A DNA stretch of 64,000 bases from an uncultured Elusimicrobia bacterium (lineage in GTDB: Bacteria; Elusimicrobiota; Elusimicrobia; UBA1565; UBA9628). The translations under genes and the position numbers were made by a program. Below, piece after piece: positions 32,783 to 41,555 of this stretch. Below the pieces are notes generated by a model. The model was not told the origin of the DNA, ran no database searches, and saw only the letters and a program-made list of their open reading frames with translations. Each line of letters begins with the position of its first letter. The first letter of the stretch is position 1. The stretch spans positions 7,816-71,815 of the forward strand of contig CAIKVT010000025.1 in the NCBI GenBank assembly GCA_903830945.1, given 5' to 3'.

Positions 32783-33898
32783 GTGCGGATAATAGAAAAA
32801 TATATACACCAATTTCCTGATTGGCTACAATTTCACTGGAATCAGGAGAATCTCGCCGTCCCTCTCGCCGCGGTGCGCCACAGACAGGGGCACCTACTTG
32901 GCCGTATGGAAGCTCTCGGATTCCCTCAACAGAACGAGGCGATGCTGAAGACGCTTACGCTCGATGTCCTTAAGTCAAGCGAGATTGAAGGCAAAATCCT
33001 TGATCCCGAACAAGTGCGGTCTTCCATTGCGCGTCGGCTGGGCATGGACATAGCCGGCTTGGTCCCCGTAGATCGCCGCGTCGAGGGCGTAGTGAAGATG
33101 GTGTTTGAAGCCACGCAAAACCACGCCAAGCCGCTGACAAAGGAGCGCTTGTTCAACTGGCATGCCTCGCTGTTTTCCGAGGGCACGACTGGGATCAAGG
33201 TCGGCGTCTGGCGGGACGATTCCAGGGGACCGATGCAAGTCATCTCTGGCGCGATGGGTCGGGAGAACGTGCATTATGAAGCCCCACCCAGTGAACGCTT
33301 GGACGCTGAGATGGAAGTCTTTCTTGAGTGGGCGAATCGGACCGGCGACATCGATCCCGTGCTTCGCGCCGCCAAGGCCCACCTGTGGTTCGTGACCATC
33401 CACCCCTTCGACGACGGCAACGGCCGCATAGCGCGTGCAATCGTCGATTGGGCGCTGGCACGGTCCGAGAACAGCGCGCAACGCTTCTACAGCATGTCGG
33501 CGCAGATCCGCCGGGAGCGCAAAGAGTATTACGACATCCTGGAAAAGACGCAGAAGGGAACCCTCGATGTCACCGACTGGATGGCATGGTTCCTCGGCTG
33601 CCTTGATCGCGCCATCGTCGGCACAGAGACAGCGCTGGCCACCGTTTTCCGACGGGATCAGTTCTGGAAGACCTACTCCAACGTTTCGTTCAACGACCGG
33701 CAGCGCTTGATCCTGAACAAACTTCTTGATGGCGACTTCGAAGGGAAGCTGACCTCGTCCAAGTGGGCGAAGCTGGCTAAATGCTCCCAGGACACAGCGC
33801 ACCGGGACATCCTCGAACTCGTAGAGCACGGTGTCCTGCTAAAGGACAGCGCGGGCGGCCGAAGCACGAGCTATTCCCTGCAAGAGCCTCAGCTCTGA
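32783..33898 (+). CDS. fic: Fic/DOC-family protein (AMPylase type) with DUF4172-like N-terminus and C-terminal wHTH
   Basis: The Fic motif HPFDDGNGRIARA is present. The N-terminus reads YIHQFPDWLQFHWNQENL. GTG start. Confidence 0.9.
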   Translation: MRIIEKYIHQFPDWLQFHWNQENLAVPLAAVRHRQGHLLGRMEALGFPQQNEAMLKTLTLDVLKSSEIEGKILDPEQVRSSIARRLGMDIAGLVPVDRRVEGVVKMVFEATQNHAKPLTKERLFNWHASLFSEGTTGIKVGVWRDDSRGPMQVISGAMGRENVHYEAPPSERLDAEMEVFLEWANRTGDIDPVLRAAKAHLWFVTIHPFDDGNGRIARAIVDWALARSENSAQRFYSMSAQIRRERKEYYDILEKTQKGTLDVTDWMAWFLGCLDRAIVGTETALATVFRRDQFWKTYSNVSFNDRQRLILNKLLDGDFEGKLTSSKWAKLAKCSQDTAHRDILELVEHGVLLKDSAGGRSTSYSLQEPQL

Positions 33899-33996
33899 TT
33901 TTGATGGTTTCTCGTTGGATGGCGGCGCCTATTGGCGATGGCTATAGATTGCGTGACAAGATGAAGCCGCTGGCATAGGCGGCGAGGAGTCGAGAA

Positions 33997-34584
33997 ATGG
34001 CAAAGGTATTCTTCACCAGCGACACCCACTTCAATCACACCAATATCATCAAGTACTGCGGCCGGCCCTTCGCCTCAGTAGAGGAAATGGACCGGGAGAT
34101 GATTTCCCGCTGGAACGCCGCGGTTAGCCCAGAGGACACGGTCTATCACCTCGGCGATTTTGCCATGGGAAGGCCCTCAGACTGGTCGGCAATCGTCGGG
34201 CGACTCAACGGCGCCAAGAAGATCCTCGTAATCGGCAGTCATGACCGCAGTCCTCAGCGCATGCTTGAAGCGGGCTTCGATGAGGTCCACGAGCAACTCG
34301 AATGGAACGGCTGGCTGCTCCAGCACAAGCCGATGCAGACTGAGAGAAATCTCCTCTGCGGGCATGTCCACGGGAAGTGGCTGCGGCTGGGCAGCATCAT
34401 CAATGTCGGGGTGGACGTGTGGGACTTCACGCCGCGGACCATCGAGGAACTCGTGACCGCGGAGCAATCCGCGCCGGAATACGAATGTGTCCATTGCGGC
34501 ATGAAGCTCCAGCGGCTAAAAGACAATGCCGAGCATCACGATGGGGCGTGCTTGACGGGAACAGATACTGTGAAGAGGCCATGA
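33997..34584 (+). CDS. Metallophosphoesterase (calcineurin-like) family protein
   Basis: FFTSDTHFNHTNII (the DxH motif), YHLGDFAMG (GD) and LCGHVHG (GH.H). Confidence 0.8.
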   Translation: MAKVFFTSDTHFNHTNIIKYCGRPFASVEEMDREMISRWNAAVSPEDTVYHLGDFAMGRPSDWSAIVGRLNGAKKILVIGSHDRSPQRMLEAGFDEVHEQLEWNGWLLQHKPMQTERNLLCGHVHGKWLRLGSIINVGVDVWDFTPRTIEELVTAEQSAPEYECVHCGMKLQRLKDNAEHHDGACLTGTDTVKRP

Positions 34585-36446
34585 CTCCGCAAGAAGAGCT
34601 GCGCCATCGCTGGGGATACGACTCATTCAAGCCCCTACAGCGGGAAGCTATTGAGGTAGCACTTGCCGGGCGCGACTGTCTGGTTGTGTTGCCGACCGGA
34701 GGAGGAAAGAGCATTTGCTACCAGCTTCCCGCCGCGTTGGGCCGCGGGCTCGTCCTGGTCGTCTCCCCTCTTATCGCCCTCATGGACGACCAGGTCGCAG
34801 CGGCGCGAGAGGCGGGCTTGGCCGCCGACGCCCTTCACTCGAACCTGGAGGCCGGCCACCGCAGCGAGGCCTACAGGCGGCTGGCCGCAGGCAAGACGGA
34901 CCTCCTCTACGTAAGTCCCGAGCGCCTCCTCGTAGGAGACCTGCTTGAGGACGTCGCCGGGCGGCTGATCCTGATAGCGGTGGACGAGGCGCACTGCGTT
35001 TCGCATTGGGGCCATGAATTCCGGCCTGAGTACCGCCGCCTAGCTGAAGTCCTGGAGCGTTTTCCGAAGGCGGCGCGCATGGCCCTGACCGCGACGGCGA
35101 CGCCCGCGGTCCAGGAGGATGTCTGCGCCCAACTTGCGCTGCGGGCGCCTTCGCGCTTCATCGGCCATCCCGACCGCCCGAATCTGGTCTATCGCGCCTT
35201 CCCTCGCCGCGACCAGTCGGCGCAGGTGCTGGAGGTCGTGCGCCGTCATCCCGGCGAGGCAGGCATCGTCTACGCCCAGACGCGCAAGGATGTGGAGCGA
35301 TTGGCGGCGAAGCTTGAGGGGGAGGGGATTTCCTGCGCGGCTTACCACGCGGGCCTGCCCGCGGAGCGCAGACGGCGCGCCCAAGACGACTTCGTCAACG
35401 AGCGGCTGGATGTGGTCGTCGCCACTATAGCCTTTGGCATGGGCATCGACCTCTACAACGTCCGCTACGTCATCCACGCCAACACGCCGCGCTCGGTCGA
35501 GCATTATCAGCAGGAGTCGGGGCGTGCGGGCCGCGACGGGGGGCCTGCCGATTGCGTCCTGCTCTTCGCGGCCTCGGATCTCGCCTTGCATCGGGCTTTG
35601 GCGCTTAAAGACGGGGCTCTGGCTCCCGAACGCCAGTGCGTGCTCGAACGCCAGTTGCGCGAGATCGGCCGCTATGCCGTAGCACCCGTGTGTCGGCATC
35701 GCCTTTTGACCGAGCATTTCGGCGCGCCGTATCCACCCGAGGGGGCGAGCCGCAGCGGCGAAGGCTGCGCCGTCGGCTGTGCGGCCTGCGATGTTTGCCT
35801 TGGCGAAACAAAGAGACTTTCTGACGAGGATGCCCTGCTCATGGCCAGGAAAGTCTTGAGCGGGGCCTGGCGCGCGGGGGGGCGCTTCGGGACCGGTTAC
35901 GTCGTCAATATGCTTCTGGGACGCGGTGATGAGCGCATGACGCGCAACGGCCACGACTCGCTGCAGGTCTTCGGCCTGCTCGAGGAGTCCGGAGAGGCGG
36001 CCGTGCGTTCGTGGATAGACCAGCTCATCGTGCAGGATTTCCTGGAAGTCGTCGAGGAACGGGAGTATCCTCTCTTGCGCATCACGGAGGCGGGGAAGGC
36101 CTTGTGCCGCGACGCGGGGACGGTGCGCTTGGGCGTGCCGGTTCCTCCAGCGGCGCGCGGCAGGAAGAAATCAAAAGCTTTGAGAAAGAGCCCTGTTTCT
36201 GATCTATCGCCTGATGAGGAACTCTTCGAGCGCCTGCGCCGGCTTCGGCGCCTGATCTCGGGAAAGCTGGGCGTGCCGCCTTACGTTGTCTTCCACGACA
36301 GCGCCCTTGTGGAGATGGCCGCGCTAAAGCCGAGGACTCTGGACGCTTTCGGGGGCGTCAAAGGCGTCGGCGAGCGCAAGCTGGAGCGATATGGGGCCGC
36401 TTTCCTCAAGGTGATTGCCGGCGAGAGCCCGGACGCCGTCTGGTAG
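34581..36446 (+). CDS. recQ: ATP-dependent DNA helicase RecQ (helicase + RQC + HRDC)
   Basis: The start MTPQEELRHRWGYDSFKPLQREAI at 34581 forms an ATGA overlap. LVVLPTGGGKSICYQLPA, AVDEAHCVSHWGHEFRPEY and the Zn-finger cysteines CRHRLL...C..C..C are present. The C-terminal HRDC reads PYVVFHDSALVEMAALKP. Confidence 0.95.
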   Translation: MTPQEELRHRWGYDSFKPLQREAIEVALAGRDCLVVLPTGGGKSICYQLPAALGRGLVLVVSPLIALMDDQVAAAREAGLAADALHSNLEAGHRSEAYRRLAAGKTDLLYVSPERLLVGDLLEDVAGRLILIAVDEAHCVSHWGHEFRPEYRRLAEVLERFPKAARMALTATATPAVQEDVCAQLALRAPSRFIGHPDRPNLVYRAFPRRDQSAQVLEVVRRHPGEAGIVYAQTRKDVERLAAKLEGEGISCAAYHAGLPAERRRRAQDDFVNERLDVVVATIAFGMGIDLYNVRYVIHANTPRSVEHYQQESGRAGRDGGPADCVLLFAASDLALHRALALKDGALAPERQCVLERQLREIGRYAVAPVCRHRLLTEHFGAPYPPEGASRSGEGCAVGCAACDVCLGETKRLSDEDALLMARKVLSGAWRAGGRFGTGYVVNMLLGRGDERMTRNGHDSLQVFGLLEESGEAAVRSWIDQLIVQDFLEVVEEREYPLLRITEAGKALCRDAGTVRLGVPVPPAARGRKKSKALRKSPVSDLSPDEELFERLRRLRRLISGKLGVPPYVVFHDSALVEMAALKPRTLDAFGGVKGVGERKLERYGAAFLKVIAGESPDAVW

Positions 36447-36516
36447 CAATCATCCCTGACGGCGACGGCCGGATGATGCCGTCTATGGCCGGCTATTTTT
36501 AGAGCAGTTGGAATAG

Positions 36517-36572
36517 CCTTTAAGGGTTAGGCCGGAAAAATAACCCTTAAAGGTTATTTTTCATTCCGGCCC
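36517..36572 (+). promoter_or_regulatory. Two overlapping, mutually exclusive inverted repeats between recQ and gvpA (terminator/anti-terminator-like element or operator palindrome)
   Basis: Hairpin A is cctttaagggtta (36517-36529) / taacccttaaagg (36541-36553), a perfect 13 bp followed by ttattttt. Hairpin B is ggccggaaaaataacc (36530-36545) / ggttattttt-cat-tccggcc (36552-36572). The two share nucleotides 36530-36553. Confidence 0.4.
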
Positions 36573-36651
36573 AACATGGTACTTTAGCTTCAGCAACATG
36601 CGCCTTGGGCGCAGGGTGCGATGTGAAATCCGGAACAAGAGGTACAAAAAC

Positions 36652-36858
36652 ATGGCAGTAGAGAAAGCGATCGGTTCGTCCAGCTTGGTCGAAGTCATCG
36701 ACCGGATCCTTGACAAGGGCGTCGTGGTGGACGCGTGGGTCAGAGTATCGCTGGTAGGCATCGAGATTCTCGCGATCGAAGCCCGCGTGGTCGTGGCGTC
36801 CGTTGAGACGTACCTGAAGTACGCCGAAGCCATCGGCTTGACCGCAACAGCCGCCTAA
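36652..36858 (+). CDS. gvpA: Gas vesicle major structural protein GvpA
   Basis: [63 protein letters not shown] is the near-canonical GvpA sequence. The ATG at 36652 is an internal start within the track ORF. Confidence 0.97.
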   Translation: MAVEKAIGSSSLVEVIDRILDKGVVVDAWVRVSLVGIEILAIEARVVVASVETYLKYAEAIGLTATAA

Positions 36859-37000
36859 GTCGCGGAAAGAAAGGGAATGCTTGCCGAGCCATCCTCAATC
36901 CGCCGAGTACGGGAAGAAAGCATGGTCCGCCAAGATTTCCTTTATTGCAGCGAACATCATTCAAGCACGGTTTCCTTAATATAGCGGGAGGATACGACCC

Positions 37001-37690
37001 ATGCCCGAGATCCTTGATGTGGAAAACGCCGTAGTAGACATCATCACCTCTCACGAGGCCCGCATTGATAATATCGGCTCACTCTTCGAGAACACCTACT
37101 TGGTTTTTAAGGATTTCCATGAGTCCCTGCAGGACACGAAGCGTGAAAGAGAAGAGATGCGCACGCAATTGCAGGACATCCTCACCCAAAACGAGCATCT
37201 GCGCAGGAAAGATTTCGACCGGATGATGCAGGCCATCCTGTCGGTCCAGGAAGGAAGAGAAAAGGAAGTGAAGAATCTGCTGAACGCTTACTTCAACGAG
37301 CAAAAAGAGATGTCCAAGACGATGCGGATAAACCTGGACGGCGTCAGGGAGTCCCTGGCTAAGGGCGAAGTCCAACGGATCAGGGCATTTCAAGAGCTGC
37401 TCAAGGACATCCTCGCCCGACAGGATGAAAGGAAAGCCGGGGTGACCGCCCAGCTTAAAGAATTCCAGGAAGAACAGAAAGCGGTGGCGTCCCGGCTCAA
37501 GGCTCTTTTATGCAAAGGGCGGGAGCTGCGCATAAAAGATCTTAAAGCAATGCTCAGCGAATTTAAAAGAAAAAGACTGCAAACGGCTGAATCCTGGAAT
37601 TGGCGCACCAGGCTGGGCCACTGCTCCGACGGAAGCCTCATCTCGTATCGAAATAATGATGCTCATGCCGCAAATGACGCGCTCAACTAA
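37001..37690 (+). CDS. Coiled-coil protein in the GvpC position (candidate outer-surface or scaffold gas-vesicle protein)
   Basis: Strong SD GGGAGGA. 229 aa, charged and helical. It carries recurring F-x3-8-[RK]-x-M-like segments (DFHESLQDTKREREEM, YFNEQKEM, EFQEEQKAV). No sequence match to cyanobacterial GvpC 33-aa repeats was recognised. Confidence 0.45.
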   Translation: MPEILDVENAVVDIITSHEARIDNIGSLFENTYLVFKDFHESLQDTKREREEMRTQLQDILTQNEHLRRKDFDRMMQAILSVQEGREKEVKNLLNAYFNEQKEMSKTMRINLDGVRESLAKGEVQRIRAFQELLKDILARQDERKAGVTAQLKEFQEEQKAVASRLKALLCKGRELRIKDLKAMLSEFKRKRLQTAESWNWRTRLGHCSDGSLISYRNNDAHAANDALN

Positions 37691-37717
37691 AATAAGTCAA
37701 CAACCGGGAGGAAGAAA

Positions 37718-38464
37718 ATGGGACTAGCCGATGACATGAAAAACATCACCGAGGGGATCACGGACTCTTATGCTTCACGCATAAGGGCGACGCGCGACCG
37801 TATAAAGGAAGTCGGGGAGTTGGCGGGCAACACCCAGAAAACAGTGCGCGACTTCGCATCCGAGCGCAAGCACATGGGGGCGGGCCAGGCCAAAGCCTTG
37901 GGGGAATTCGTGGGAACCCTGCGGGGCAACGTGGAGGATCTGAGAAAAGCCGCGGGCAGCATGATCCATGGCTTCCAAAAAGACCACAAAGCCATGGCCG
38001 CCGAGCTGAAGGAAAAGGCCGAAGCCCTCAGGGGATCCTTGGCCCAAGGCGAGGCCGACCGTATGAAAGACTACAAGGAGCTCCAGGCCGGCATCCAGGA
38101 AGTCCTTGGACAAGTGAGGAAGAGCGTCAAGGACATCAAGTCCCATGTCGCCGACAAGCTCGAGGAATTCTCCGGCAATCGCGCCATCATGAGCCAGGAA
38201 CTCAAGAAGGACCTGGTCAAGCATGTGGCTGACATCGCCAGGGAGACCAAGGCCGTGTTGGGCGAAGCCAGGACTCTGGTGGATGGGTTTTCGAGCGAAA
38301 GAAAAATGATGTCCGCCAACTGGCAGGGCATGGCCGCCTCCATGGCCAAGAAAAGAGGCGTCCAGCCGGCGGTTCAAACCGCGCCGGTTGCCGCGGAAAT
38401 CGTGAGACCAGAAGAGGCCAGGTCAAAGAAAAGGAAAGCGCATAAAAAGAGAGCGAAGAAGTAG
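37718..38464 (+). CDS. Coiled-coil repeat protein (second GvpC-position protein) with a basic C-terminal tail
   Basis: SD GGGAGGA. There are four copies of an xF-x3-[RHK]K/A-x-M motif: DFASERKHM, GFQKDHKAM, EFSGNRAIM and GFSSERKMM. The C-terminus is SKKRKAHKKRAKK. Confidence 0.45.
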   Translation: MGLADDMKNITEGITDSYASRIRATRDRIKEVGELAGNTQKTVRDFASERKHMGAGQAKALGEFVGTLRGNVEDLRKAAGSMIHGFQKDHKAMAAELKEKAEALRGSLAQGEADRMKDYKELQAGIQEVLGQVRKSVKDIKSHVADKLEEFSGNRAIMSQELKKDLVKHVADIARETKAVLGEARTLVDGFSSERKMMSANWQGMAASMAKKRGVQPAVQTAPVAAEIVRPEEARSKKRKAHKKRAKK

Positions 38465-38593
38465 GCTTTGACCGCGGCGAAGTCCCATCCTGCCCCCCGG
38501 GCCTAAGCCCGGGGGGCAGGGGAGACTTGAAATCGCGACCATACGCGAAATGTTCCGCGGCAAAGGCGGCATCACGAAAAGAGGTGTAAGAAA

Positions 38594-39508
38594 ATGATCG
38601 ATGAAATGACTACGGTGCTGGAGCCAACCCCCTTGCCGGATTTCGTGGAGACGAAACAAGTTAAGGACATCTCGCAGAGAGCGCTTTGCTATATCAAGGC
38701 CGGTTTCCCGGTCCATTTCCGGGGGATCTCAGGCAGCGGCAAGACCACTTTGGCCATGCACATCGCCGGCAAGCTGCTCAGGCCGGTGGTCATGATCCAT
38801 GGCGACGAGGAGTTCACCACTTCCGACCTGGTCGGCGGCGAATACGGCTACAAGATCAGGAAGGTCGTGGACCGCTTCATCTCCCGGGTCTTGAAGACCG
38901 AGGAGGACATGGTCAAGCGCTGGGTGGACAACCGCCTTACCGTTGCCTGCAAATACGGATTCACTCTCATCTATGACGAATTTACGCGCTCCCGGCCGGA
39001 GGCCAACAACATCCTGCTCTCCATCCTGCAGGAGAAGATGATGGATCTACCCGTGGGCCGGGGCGGAGAAGAACCATATTTGAAGGTCGATCCTGACTTC
39101 ACGGCCATATTCACGTCCAACCCGGAGGAGTATGCCGGGGTTCATCGCAGCCAGGACGCGCTGCGCGACCGGATGATAACCATGGACCTGGATTATTTCG
39201 ACTATGAAACGGAGGTCGCCATAACCCAGGCTAAATCCAAGCTTTCTAAGAAAAATTCAGAAACCATCGTCAATATCGTGCGGGGCTTGAGGGAATCCGG
39301 AAAGTGCGAGTTCGCACCCACGGTCCGCGGCTGCATCATGATCGCCAAGACGCTCAAAGTACAGGGCTTGACCCCGGCCCGGGCCAACGGCTCTTTTTCC
39401 CAGATGTGCCAGGATATCCTGGCCTCCGAGACCAGCCGGGTGGGCTCCAAGACGAATCAGGAGCGGGTCAAAGACATCGTCAAGGAACTCGTCACGAAAC
39501 ACAGCTAG
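38594..39508 (+). CDS. gvpN: Gas vesicle AAA+ ATPase GvpN (CbbQ/NirQ/NorQ/GvpN family)
   Basis: VHFRGISGSGKTTLAMHIA (Walker A), TLIYDEFTRS (Walker B) and ALRDRMITMDLDY. Its size and position after gvpA and the gvpC-like genes fit GvpN. Confidence 0.9.
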   Translation: MIDEMTTVLEPTPLPDFVETKQVKDISQRALCYIKAGFPVHFRGISGSGKTTLAMHIAGKLLRPVVMIHGDEEFTTSDLVGGEYGYKIRKVVDRFISRVLKTEEDMVKRWVDNRLTVACKYGFTLIYDEFTRSRPEANNILLSILQEKMMDLPVGRGGEEPYLKVDPDFTAIFTSNPEEYAGVHRSQDALRDRMITMDLDYFDYETEVAITQAKSKLSKKNSETIVNIVRGLRESGKCEFAPTVRGCIMIAKTLKVQGLTPARANGSFSQMCQDILASETSRVGSKTNQERVKDIVKELVTKHS

Positions 39509-39522
39509 CGGGAGACAAGGGC

Positions 39523-39702
39523 ATGGCACTGTTGCGCGTGTATTCCAGGATGGACGCTAAAAGTAAAATTACGCTGCCCCCGGGCATTCGCAAGGAGCTC
39601 GATGTCCGGCCGGGAGAAAAGTTGGAATTGAAGGTCGTGGGAATAAACAAAGCGAGGAAGCTTCTTATTTGTAAGACAAAAAGCGGGAGGCGCCTGCCAT
39701 GA
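39523..39702 (+). CDS. AbrB/MazE/SpoVT-type swapped-hairpin DNA-binding protein (59 aa)
   Basis: MALLRVYSRMDAKSKITLPPGIRKELDVRPGEKLELKVVG has the typical SpoVT-AbrB pattern (ItiPkeiReel.l..Gd.lel). SD GGAGA. An ATGA overlap links it to the next ORF. Confidence 0.6.
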   Translation: MALLRVYSRMDAKSKITLPPGIRKELDVRPGEKLELKVVGINKARKLLICKTKSGRRLP

Positions 39703-40001
39703 AAACAAGACGGTTGCCCAGTCTGCGCGAGATGAAGAGCATACGTTCCGTGGGCATACGCTCCATTCCCAAGGTACAAAGGTCAGGCTATCTGGACATG
39801 TACACGCTGGGCAGGGAGAAAGACCGGTTGGAAAACGAGATTTTCTCTTTGGACAAAAGGAGAAGCGCCGCCGCCAAACAATTAGACGGCGTCTTAAAGC
39901 GCCTCATCCAGCTCCAAAAGGAGACGCGCGAAGGTGAACCGGTCAGAACTCATAAAAGCATGCCCGCTAAACCCTTAAAGACCATGTCCATGAAATATTG
40001 A
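39699..40001 (+). CDS. Small basic coiled-coil protein (100 aa), unknown; possibly GvpV/GvpR-like
   Basis: YLDMYTLGREKDRLENEIFSLDKRRSAAAKQLDGVLKRLIQLQKE. Translationally coupled to the AbrB-like ORF. The family assignment is not verifiable from memory. Confidence 0.4.
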   Translation: MKTRRLPSLREMKSIRSVGIRSIPKVQRSGYLDMYTLGREKDRLENEIFSLDKRRSAAAKQLDGVLKRLIQLQKETREGEPVRTHKSMPAKPLKTMSMKY

Positions 40002-40059
40002 TCCGGTGTCAGGCCGGCAAGGGGAAAGGGCGTCGTCGCATAAAAAAAGGAGGCCTATC

Positions 40060-40599
40060 ATGGCAAAGAAAATAGAACCAAAGAAAGATGAAAACGTGGA
40101 CATTGATTTTGGGATGGGGAAATTGAGCCTGGGCGGTATCTTCGAGGGCGTCGGGAAATTGGTCGAGTTGGCCGCGAAGCTGCAGGAAGCGGGCGGCGAA
40201 ATCAAAAAGGAAGGCGAGATCGATTTGAGCCATCTCAAAAAAGGGATGAAGGGAGTTTTTGGGTTTTCCGTCAAGAGCCTGGCCGGGGGCAAGCAGGTCG
40301 TGGAACCTTTCGGCAACATCAAAAAAACAGCCGCCGGACCCAAGATCGATGACGAGCGCGAGCCCATCGTCGATATCTTCGACGAGAAAGAGGAGGTCCG
40401 GGTCTACGCCGAAATGCCCGGTGTCAACGAAGCGGATATTAAGTTGGATCTTAAGGGCGACATTTTAGACATCCGCGCCGGGACCGGCGACAGAAAATAT
40501 CATAAAGAAGTCCTGCTGCCGGCGAAAGTGTCGGCCGAGGCTCCTGTTCCGTCCTATAAAAACGGAGTCCTCGAAGTGAAACTCAAGAAATGCCCCTGA
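40060..40599 (+). CDS. Hsp20/alpha-crystallin-domain protein (GvpH-like small heat-shock protein)
   Basis: SD AAAGGAGG. The ACD reads PIVDIFDEKEEVRVYAEMPGVNEADIKLDLKGDILDIRAG...KYHKEVLLPAKV...SYKNGVLEVKLKK. Confidence 0.8.
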   Translation: MAKKIEPKKDENVDIDFGMGKLSLGGIFEGVGKLVELAAKLQEAGGEIKKEGEIDLSHLKKGMKGVFGFSVKSLAGGKQVVEPFGNIKKTAAGPKIDDEREPIVDIFDEKEEVRVYAEMPGVNEADIKLDLKGDILDIRAGTGDRKYHKEVLLPAKVSAEAPVPSYKNGVLEVKLKKCP

Positions 40600-41552
40600 T
40601 CGGACTTAAGGAAAGCGCGTTAAAGCTTATCCTGTTCGGCGGCAAGGGCGGCGTGGGGAAAACAACCTGCGCCGCCAGCGCCGGCCTTTTCTTAGCCGGG
40701 AATTTTAAGACCCTGCTGCTGTCCACGGACCCGGCGCATTCCATATCAGACAGCTTGGGGCAACATATCGGTGACGCCATAACGGAGGTCAAGGACGTAC
40801 GGAATCTGAGCGCTCTTGAAATCAACGCGGAAAAAGCCCTTTCTGAATTCAAAATAGAATACGAAGAAGAGATCAAGAAAATACTGGACACCTCGACTAA
40901 TTTGGACAACGAAGACATCGAGTCTGTTTTTTCCTTGTCCATCCCCGGTCTGGATGAAGTCATGGGCTTTAAAACCATAATGGACCTCATGGACGAAGGG
41001 AAATTCGGGAAATACATAGTCGATACCGCGCCGACCGGCCATGCCCTGCGGCTTCTGACCATGCCCCAGCTCCTGGATGATTGGGTCAAGATGCTGGCCA
41101 AGCTCAGATGGAAGTATCGATACATGATCAAGACTTTCAGCGGGAAATACGCTCCCGACGAAGCCGACGATTTCCTTTTGAACATGAAAAAAACGGTGAA
41201 AAAGATCGAAAGCCTGCTCAAGGATCAGAGCCGCTGCGAGTTCATCGCCGTCACCATCCCCGAAGATATGGCCATCCAGGAAACCACGCGTTTGATCCAC
41301 AGTTTGAGCGAGTATGGCGTGAAAGTCAAGCAATTGGTCATCAACAATGTCATAGAGCCTCGAGATTGCGCTTTTTGTCAAGAGCGCCGGAAAGAGCAGG
41401 AGAAGTACATAAGTCAGATCAGGAAAAAATTCAGCAGTCTCAATACGACCTTGTCTTTTTTGCGTCCCCGAGAAGTCAAAGGCGTAAATGCCTTGAGCGC
41501 TTTCGCCGGGCAGTTGGCGCAGGGCGACCCCGTAAACCGGATGGTGGCTTAA
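40590..41552 (+). CDS. Get3/TRC40/ArsA-family P-loop ATPase (single-domain, with CxxC motif)
   Basis: LILFGGKGGVGKTTCAAS (deviant Walker A), LLLSTDPAHSISDSLG and VDTAPTGHALRLL. CAFCQERRKEQEKYISQI resembles the Get3 zinc/dimerisation CxxC segment. It overlaps the hsp20 end by 10 nt. Confidence 0.85.
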   Translation: MPLIGLKESALKLILFGGKGGVGKTTCAASAGLFLAGNFKTLLLSTDPAHSISDSLGQHIGDAITEVKDVRNLSALEINAEKALSEFKIEYEEEIKKILDTSTNLDNEDIESVFSLSIPGLDEVMGFKTIMDLMDEGKFGKYIVDTAPTGHALRLLTMPQLLDDWVKMLAKLRWKYRYMIKTFSGKYAPDEADDFLLNMKKTVKKIESLLKDQSRCEFIAVTIPEDMAIQETTRLIHSLSEYGVKVKQLVINNVIEPRDCAFCQERRKEQEKYISQIRKKFSSLNTTLSFLRPREVKGVNALSAFAGQLAQGDPVNRMVA

Positions 41553-41555
41553 CCC

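Noticed and set aside
36573-36600. A sigma-54-type promoter (TGG...GC) upstream of gvpA at catggtactttagcttcagc.
   Set aside because: The GG-to-GC spacing is 9 or 15 nt rather than the canonical 12 nt measured first G to G, so it does not fit the -24/-12 geometry.
39523-40001. The AbrB-like ORF plus downstream ORF as a bona fide toxin-antitoxin pair.
   Set aside because: The second ORF shows no PIN, MazF, Doc or other toxin signature and looks like a coiled coil. It is retained only as a regulatory hypothesis.
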